From Syntrophorhabdaceae bacterium (GTDB lineage: Bacteria > Desulfobacterota > Syntrophorhabdia > Syntrophorhabdales > Syntrophorhabdaceae), in contig OY762209.1 of assembly GCA_963665295.1 (NCBI GenBank), positions 4,544,001 through 4,608,000 on the forward strand: a DNA stretch of 64,000 nucleotides. The letters are read 5' to 3'. The notes below the pieces were generated by a model that was not told the DNA's origin, ran no database searches, and saw only the letters and a program-made list of their open reading frames with translations. Position numbers and translations under genes: made by a program. Numbering within the stretch: the stretch's first letter is position 1; each line of letters opens with the position of its first letter. Of the stretch, positions 58,369 through 64,000 are shown in pieces.

Positions 58369-58599
58369 ATGGAAGAGAACATCTATTCTGGAATTACAGA
58401 GGTCATGCAAATAACGCCCGATGACGTGATAAGATGCGCCACCTGTAATTATTTGCCCAACGATTATGCCGACACAATCAATCACTATCTTTCCAACCAC
58501 GGATATAAACTGCTTCACATTGGATCACACTCGTCTTACGATGGCACTCATTATATCAGTGACATCTTTGCTCTGCTCGGCAAGGGGCCTGTTGGGTAG
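58369..58599 (+). CDS. IS passenger, small C2H2-like zinc-finger protein
   Basis: RBS ggagg; CATC-x12-H-x4-H. Confidence 0.55.
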   Translation: MEENIYSGITEVMQITPDDVIRCATCNYLPNDYADTINHYLSNHGYKLLHIGSHSSYDGTHYISDIFALLGKGPVG

Positions 58600-58752
58600 G
58601 GGCATTAGACCCGGAAAACGTTCAAAAAGCAGGTTAATCATTTCTTGGCACTTCTCCTGAAAGTCGGGTTCATCGTCGCTGTGATTTTTTATGTAAAACA
58701 GGGCGTCGATAGCCTGTTTGGGATGTGCCCAATTAGTCATTGTCATTTTCAT
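58525..58752 (-). CDS. IS passenger, small hypothetical protein
   Basis: 75-aa ORF MKMTMTNWAHPK… with a G-rich RBS, just inside the IRR; overlaps the zinc-finger ORF convergently. Confidence 0.45.
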   Translation of the reverse strand: MKMTMTNWAHPKQAIDALFYIKNHSDDEPDFQEKCQEMINLLFERFPGLMPLPNRPLAEQSKDVTDIMSAIVRRV

Positions 58753-58908
58753 TCTATGCCCCCTTATATAGTTCTCCACCGAATAGTAGAACAAGTGTTC
58801 TACTTTGTCAAGTGGGTACGTGAAAGATAATAGTCTCGGGAATTCTCTTGACTCCCTGATAAAAACCTTGTAGAGAGTAGTCAGTAATTCCCCACAGGAG
58901 GTGACGAG

Positions 58909-59889
58909 GTGATAATACTCACTCCAGAGGAAGTGAGAAACAGGTTTGGACGTTTCTTTTACGAAGGGGTAATCACCCTCGTCGATCCCACAAACAACAA
59001 GATCGAAATCGTGGAAACCTTCGGGTTTTTTCCGGGCAGCGGCGAATGGACTGCAATCAACCGATGCAGGGCCGGAGGTATTGTCGAGTATTGCGAGCTT
59101 TACGGCAAGACCACAGTTCTGAGGGCGCGGATCGGGGAGTCCGAAGTGCGGTTCGGGCCGGTTGATCAGGAACAGGGTGGACAAGGCCTGGAAGGCGCTC
59201 TGATAGAAGGCGACACGGTCAGGACGAAGTGGGCGGGGATTGCCGGCGCAGGTCTCAGCGTAGCAGCATCCCTCGCTCAAGCGCCCGGCGTGATATCGGC
59301 GTGTTACCCCACGGAGGAGGATTTGCAGGCCGGGGGACGACACACCAACAGGGTGGAAATAATCACCCCGAGATACGAAAAGATCACCATCGGCATTGAC
59401 GACACCGACGATCCCGAGGGAGGAGCGACATGGTCTCTGGCGTTGAACGCCAGGCATGAAGCCGCCGGACTGGAAGGGGTTGAGCCACTTTTTCTCAGGC
59501 TCGCTCAACTCTATCCCAAGAGCCCTTACAAGACAACCAACTGCACGTCCACCATCATGACGTTTGCGGTGAAACCCGGGATAGAGGATGCGCTCATAAA
59601 GACCGTTGCCGACATCGTCAGATCTCAAACACGGTCAGAGGACACGGGACTCGCGGTCCTCCGGGGCATAGGCGTTCCGGAAAGCCTCTTGGCCTTTGGC
59701 CGTGAAACGAAAAAACGGATGGTCTCTCTGGAAGAGACGGCCATCTTTGAAACCTGGGACAACCTGCGGATAATTGAGATTGGAAAAGGAACAAGGGGCC
59801 GCATCGGGGCTCTCGCGGCTTTGGGGTTGTCCGAGCGGAAAGATGCCGCAATGCTTTATAGTGAGCCCGCATCGCACCTTGTCAGATGA
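58909..59889 (+). CDS. mmp11: Methanogenesis marker protein 11-like (TiaS-related GIDDTD domain)
   Basis: GIAGAG, IGIDDTDDPEGGATW, QLYP…KTTNCTST, GRIGALAA; RBS GGAGGTGA; family call from recalled motifs. Confidence 0.82.
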   Translation: MIILTPEEVRNRFGRFFYEGVITLVDPTNNKIEIVETFGFFPGSGEWTAINRCRAGGIVEYCELYGKTTVLRARIGESEVRFGPVDQEQGGQGLEGALIEGDTVRTKWAGIAGAGLSVAASLAQAPGVISACYPTEEDLQAGGRHTNRVEIITPRYEKITIGIDDTDDPEGGATWSLALNARHEAAGLEGVEPLFLRLAQLYPKSPYKTTNCTSTIMTFAVKPGIEDALIKTVADIVRSQTRSEDTGLAVLRGIGVPESLLAFGRETKKRMVSLEETAIFETWDNLRIIEIGKGTRGRIGALAALGLSERKDAAMLYSEPASHLVR

Positions 59890-59902
59890 TAGCGAGACGA
59901 GC

Positions 59903-60730
59903 ATGATCATAGAGACCATCATGGACAGGGCCCGGACCACCAGGGCAAGGATTGCGGTGGGGGCGGCGTCGGGCCACGAGGAAAAGGTTGTGGAAAGCGC
60001 GGCGAAGGCTGTCGCGCTGGGTTGTGCGGAGGTTGTGATAGTGAGCTCCCGGCCCCTGGATACCCGCTTTGAAAATATCGTGGGCAACGAACCGGAGCAC
60101 AAGCTGATCGAACTCCTCAAGGCAGGAAAGGTGAGCGGGGTCGTGAGGGGCACCCTCGACATAAACCCCATCCTCTCGGCCCTCAGGGAACAATTCGGCG
60201 TCAGGAAGATCTTGAGGCTTGCCCTCCTCAAAACCCCCTCGGGGAACCCGTTCTTCTTCGCCCCGGCCGGTATAGACGACGGCTGGACCGTAAGGGAAAA
60301 GGTCAGGTTCGGTGAGTACGGGGCCGAACTGATAAGAAGGTTGGGCTTCCGTGAAGATATCGGCGTACTCGGCGGAGGCAGATCGGATGACCGCGGACGA
60401 TCCAGAATAACGGACAAGAGCATAGAAGATGCGGAAAAAGTGACGGAAGCATTGAAGAGGAAAGGATACCGGGCCGAATGCCGTTATATACTGATCGAGG
60501 AGGCAGTGAAAAACAACAACTTCATAATCGCTCCGGACGGCATCTCGGGAAACCTCATCTATCGATCCTTATGTCTCGTAGGGGGCGGCAGTGGAATGGG
60601 CGGACCTGTCATAGGGACTGATTTCGTCTATGTCGATACCTCAAGGGCAAGCAGCAGATACGAAAACGCCATATGCCTCGCCTCCGCCCTCGCAAGTTTT
60701 CTACCCCGGCCCCGGAAAGGTGTGCGCTGA
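59903..60730 (+). CDS. mtxX: Methanogenesis marker protein 4 / MtxX-like (phosphate acyltransferase fold)
   Basis: VRGTL, FFFAPAGIDDG, VLGGGR.DD.GR, ILIEEA, IIAPDGISGNLIYRSL, VDTSR; family call from recalled motifs. Confidence 0.85.
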   Translation: MIIETIMDRARTTRARIAVGAASGHEEKVVESAAKAVALGCAEVVIVSSRPLDTRFENIVGNEPEHKLIELLKAGKVSGVVRGTLDINPILSALREQFGVRKILRLALLKTPSGNPFFFAPAGIDDGWTVREKVRFGEYGAELIRRLGFREDIGVLGGGRSDDRGRSRITDKSIEDAEKVTEALKRKGYRAECRYILIEEAVKNNNFIIAPDGISGNLIYRSLCLVGGGSGMGGPVIGTDFVYVDTSRASSRYENAICLASALASFLPRPRKGVR

Positions 60731-60762
60731 TCAGAATACCCGGACAACCGACAACTGTTTTG

Positions 60763-62486
60763 CCCTGATCCACCGCCAAAAATAATTGAAAACCTCGTTG
60801 GCGCTGAATAATCAGCATGATAGAATAAAGGTAGCCAACCAAATCTATCACCAACGAGGTGAATCAATTATGCCACAAGGTCTCCTCGCTTACAAGTATG
60901 AAGAAGACAGAAAGGGTTCGGCCATGACCGCCCTCGCCGGACTCCCCCTCTACCTGGATCTGGCCTTTACCCTTGGCCTACCTGAGAGCATCGGGCATCA
61001 TTTGTCCCTTCGACCGCATCAGGGGTGGACTGACTCCCGGATGATCATGTCTCTTATGCTGCTTGCTCTCGCAGGCGGGGAATGTGTCGACGACCTTAAA
61101 GTGCTGGAAGCCGATAAAGGGTTTTGCCGACTCCTTGAGCGCATGGAACCGACGCTCTCTTTGCGTTTTCGGAGAGAGAAGACGCGCGTTGTTCCCTCTC
61201 CCTCATCCGTATTCCGCTATCTCGCCGCTTTCCACGATACCTCGCTCCTTGACGGCTTTACGCGCATCAACCGCGATCTCGCTGCGTCCTTCCAACGGAG
61301 AAGATCCTCATCTGTTGCGACACTCGACATGGATGCCACCCTCGTGGAGACCGCAAAAAAGAATGCCTTCTTCTCATATGAGGGGTATAAGGCCTACCAG
61401 CCTCTTCAGGTATTCTGGGCGGAACAGGAACTCCTTGTCCATACCGAGTTTCGAAACGGCAATACTCCCGCCAACCATGACCTTCTCAGGGTTTTTAAGG
61501 AAACCCTCGACGGCCTGCCTCAAGGAGTAAAGAAGGTCCGCCTCCGCTCCGACGGTGCGGGCTATGTCCATGATCTTCTCGCATACTGCGACAAAGGAGC
61601 GCATCCGCGATTCGGAAGGGTAGAGTTCGCGATCAGTTGTCCCGTTACCGAGGCGTTCAAGCGCGAGGTCTCTCTTGTACCCGATGAGGAATGGAAGAAT
61701 CTTGACAGTCGCCGCCAGTGGGCGACGGTGGTGTTCGTGCCCAATGCCCTCGCCCATTCAAAAAAGGGACAAACCTACCGCTACTTCGTCATTCGCGAGC
61801 CGCTTCGTCAACCTGTGCTGCCCGGTATGGATCTTCCCTTTGCGACCCTCGATCACAAGGGCGTGCAGTACAAGCTCCGGGGGCTCGTCTCGAACATGGA
61901 GTGGGCAGGGGAGAGACTCATTACCTTCTCCTATGAACGTTGCGGTAAGAGCGAGGAGGCCCACGCCGTCCTAAAAGAGGACCTCGCAGGCGGAAAGCTC
62001 CCGTCGGGGAACTTCGGAGAGAATGCGGCATGGTGGTGGATCATGGTCCTTGCTTTCAATCTTCATGCAGCCATGAAACAACTCGCCCTCGGAGGCTCCT
62101 GGGTGCAAAAGCGGATAAAAGCAATCCGCTTCGGTCTTATCAACCTGCCCGGCCGGATCGTCGACCATGCCCGGCAACTGGTGATCAGGATTGCAAGGTA
62201 CCATCCCTCCTTCGCTCTTCTTGCGGAAGCACGGCAGAAAATCATGAGACTGGCTCTGTCGGGATAGCATGCGTGGGAAAACCCTGAGATGAAGGAGAAG
62301 CATAAGGCGCATTGCAAAAGGAGAGGTGCGCGCCAAAATACCCTTAGGAGGAACATAAACGGTGTCTCCTTAAACGAACGGCAGCGGACGAACCTTTTTT
62401 GATGCCCAAAAAAGGGTGAGTTGATCAAAATTCTGATTCAGGGATCATAAAGCGGGGGATAGGGAAGAGTAGGCGGTGGATTTGGG
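60763..62486 (+). mobile_element. IS1380-family insertion sequence, complete
   Basis: IRL CCCTGATCCACCGCC vs reverse complement of IRR CCCAAATCCACCGCC (13/15); 5-bp direct repeat TTTTG at 60758-60762 and 62487-62491. Confidence 0.92.
60870..62267 (+). CDS. IS1380-family transposase
   Basis: TALAGLP, TLDMDATL, YQPL, EFRNGN, RSDGAGY, RCGKSEEAHAVLK, FGENAAWW. Confidence 0.93.
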   Translation: MPQGLLAYKYEEDRKGSAMTALAGLPLYLDLAFTLGLPESIGHHLSLRPHQGWTDSRMIMSLMLLALAGGECVDDLKVLEADKGFCRLLERMEPTLSLRFRREKTRVVPSPSSVFRYLAAFHDTSLLDGFTRINRDLAASFQRRRSSSVATLDMDATLVETAKKNAFFSYEGYKAYQPLQVFWAEQELLVHTEFRNGNTPANHDLLRVFKETLDGLPQGVKKVRLRSDGAGYVHDLLAYCDKGAHPRFGRVEFAISCPVTEAFKREVSLVPDEEWKNLDSRRQWATVVFVPNALAHSKKGQTYRYFVIREPLRQPVLPGMDLPFATLDHKGVQYKLRGLVSNMEWAGERLITFSYERCGKSEEAHAVLKEDLAGGKLPSGNFGENAAWWWIMVLAFNLHAAMKQLALGGSWVQKRIKAIRFGLINLPGRIVDHARQLVIRIARYHPSFALLAEARQKIMRLALSG

Positions 62487-62500
62487 TTTTGCGGTAACCC

Positions 62501-62529
62501 TTTCAATGGGGCTTTTGATATGATAAAAT
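62501..62529 (+). promoter_or_regulatory. Sigma70 promoter (extended -10) of the fluoride riboswitch transcript
   Basis: TTTCAA, 17 bp, TAAAAT with TG at the extended position. Confidence 0.6.
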
Positions 62530-62536
62530 GCTTCAC

Positions 62537-62589
62537 AAGGTGATGGAGTTCACCTTCCAACCGCCTCTTCGGGGCTGATGACTCCTACC
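62537..62589 (+). promoter_or_regulatory. Fluoride (crcB) riboswitch
   Basis: AAGGTGATGGAGTTCACCTT…AACCGCC…GGCTGATGACTCCTAC; P1 GGTGA/TCACC, pseudoknot GGAGT/ACTCC. Confidence 0.93.
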
Positions 62590-62647
62590 ATTCATGCGCA
62601 GCCGTTTTCGGCAAGAAATATCTGCCGGGGCTGCTGAGGAGGAGCAC

Positions 62648-64000
62648 ATGGCCGACACCGCAGAGAATCATTCCTCCGACATGACTCTTGAGTCCTGCCG
62701 CGACCTGCTCGGCAAGGTTGAGGACGCCTGTCGTAAATTCGATATCATTTCTTTAAGAAGATCGATCGAGGTCTCACGCGGCCTTCTCACGGAACGGCCT
62801 GTGATTGACGTCGCCGTTCTGGGGCAGTTCAAGGCAGGCAAAAGCTCGTTCCTGAACAGTATCATAGGTAGACCCGTTCTTCCGGTAGGCGTCATACCGG
62901 TCACCACTGTCATTACCCGCCTTCAGTACGGGGACAAGGAACGAGCGGTAGTCACGACCTTCGACGGCAGCCGGTGGGAAACCGGTATCGAAGGACTCGA
63001 GGAGTTCATATCCGAGGCAAGAAATCCCGCGAATGAAAAGAACGTGGAGGCGGTGGATATAGACCTCCCGTCCCTTAGACCCTATGTGGGCCTAAGGGTT
63101 GTTGACACGCCCGGCCTCGGCAGCGCCTTCACCTACAACACCGAGACCTCCCGCGAATGGCTGCCCCGGGTAGGCACCGCCATCGTCGCAATAAGCGCAG
63201 ACAGACCTCTGGCGGAAAGCGACATCGATCTTATCAGGAATCTGATGGGACACACACCGAAGGTTGTCCTCCTTCTCACCAAAGCCGACCTGCTCTCCGA
63301 AGGGGAGCGGAAAGAGGTAATGCAGTTTTTCAAGACTACCTTGAAGAGAGTGCTTGGTCTGGAGTTACCCATGTTCATGTATTCGACGACCCGCGAAACG
63401 GACGCCTTCAAAAGGAAGATCGATCACGTACTGCTCGGCCTGTCACGTCACCGGGACCTGGAGTTTCAGAACATTCTCGAATACAAGGTGGGAGCCCTCG
63501 CAAAGGGCTGCGCCGGTTACCTGGAAATAGCGCTCAGGACCGCCACGGAAGCCAACGTGGACAGGCGGAACCTCAGAGAGCTAATTATTAACGAGAAGGT
63601 CGAATATGAGGCCATAGAGCCCGAACTCTCCCTTATGGCAAGAGAAAACATGCTTCAGACAAGAACAATTATCGCCGCCCGGCTGGAAATGATAAGATCC
63701 GGTTTCACGACGCGCCTGGTGCAAAGGCTCACCGGGGCGCTTCCTTCCTGGAAGGGAAACCTCTGGCAACTCACCCGCACGTATGAAGAGTGGCTTGAGC
63801 AGAATCTGGTGCGGGAGGTCGAGGCCATATCGGAAGAAGAGCACATCCATTTTTTTGGAACCCTAAAGAAAACCCGGGAAAGTATCTCCAGAAGCTTGGA
63901 GTTATTCAGACATTATCTCAACTCAAATATAACGAAGGTCCTTGGGGTGACCCTCGAAAAGACCGACTGGAAGATGGAGGTGACCGAACCGTCTCACGCC
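62648..64000 (+). CDS. Bacterial dynamin-like GTPase (runs off the window end)
   Basis: RBS gaggagg; own translation gives VAVLGQFKAGKSSFLNS (G1), PVTT (G2), VDTPG (G3), LTKAD (G4); absent from the ORF track because it has no stop in the window. Confidence 0.92.
   Translation, partial: MADTAENHSSDMTLESCRDLLGKVEDACRKFDIISLRRSIEVSRGLLTERPVIDVAVLGQFKAGKSSFLNSIIGRPVLPVGVIPVTTVITRLQYGDKERAVVTTFDGSRWETGIEGLEEFISEARNPANEKNVEAVDIDLPSLRPYVGLRVVDTPGLGSAFTYNTETSREWLPRVGTAIVAISADRPLAESDIDLIRNLMGHTPKVVLLLTKADLLSEGERKEVMQFFKTTLKRVLGLELPMFMYSTTRETDAFKRKIDHVLLGLSRHRDLEFQNILEYKVGALAKGCAGYLEIALRTATEANVDRRNLRELIINEKVEYEAIEPELSLMARENMLQTRTIIAARLEMIRSGFTTRLVQRLTGALPSWKGNLWQLTRTYEEWLEQNLVREVEAISEEEHIHFFGTLKKTRESISRSLELFRHYLNSNITKVLGVTLEKTDWKMEVTEPSHA

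Larger units (their letters stand above)
56238..58837 (+). mobile_element. IS1595-family element with passenger genes (2.6 kb)
   Basis: IRL GAGACTATTATACTTGACATACCC vs reverse complement of IRR GAGACTATTATCTTTCACGTACCC; 8-bp direct repeat GGGAATTC at 56230-56237 and 58838-58845; interior visibly AT-richer than flanks. Confidence 0.93.

Noticed and set aside
58753..59628. Long part of the 367-aa minus-strand ORF 58525-59628
   Set aside because: Antisense to the mmp11-like gene and crosses the IS boundary; only the last 75 codons are plausible.
56238..62486. Composite transposon mobilising mmp11-mtxX
   Set aside because: The two IS elements belong to different families and each has its own target duplication, so they inserted independently into pre-existing DNA.

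Overview
Bacterial chromosomal segment. Gene content (glutaryl-CoA/crotonyl-CoA catabolism, a tmk-holB-ricT-metG block, PilB/PilT, PutA) suggests an anaerobic Desulfobacterota syntroph, perhaps Syntrophorhabdus-like; this is inference, and all family calls are from recalled motifs, not database searches. The window holds housekeeping genes (aspC, tilS, ftsH, serA, efp, tmk, holB, metG, fumC) and three intact insertion sequences with visible terminal inverted repeats and target-site duplications (IS1634, a cargo-carrying IS1595, IS1380). It also has two clear riboswitches (yybP-ykoY Mn2+ before a P-type ATPase; fluoride before a dynamin-like GTPase), a structured pan-like leader before aspC, and several internally collapsed gene remnants missing from the ORF track. 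Most notable: (i) a two-gene operon of archaeal methanogenesis-marker homologues (Mmp11-like and Mmp4/MtxX-like) in bacterial context between two IS elements, divergent from an ABC exporter; (ii) a dCache sensor fused to a complete pentameric ligand-gated ion channel-like module; (iii) a fluoride riboswitch upstream of a dynamin-like gene; (iv) an IS1595 carrying a HEPN-like R-X4-H passenger; (v) a PilT paralogue lacking catalytic residues. No rRNA, tRNA or CRISPR array was seen.
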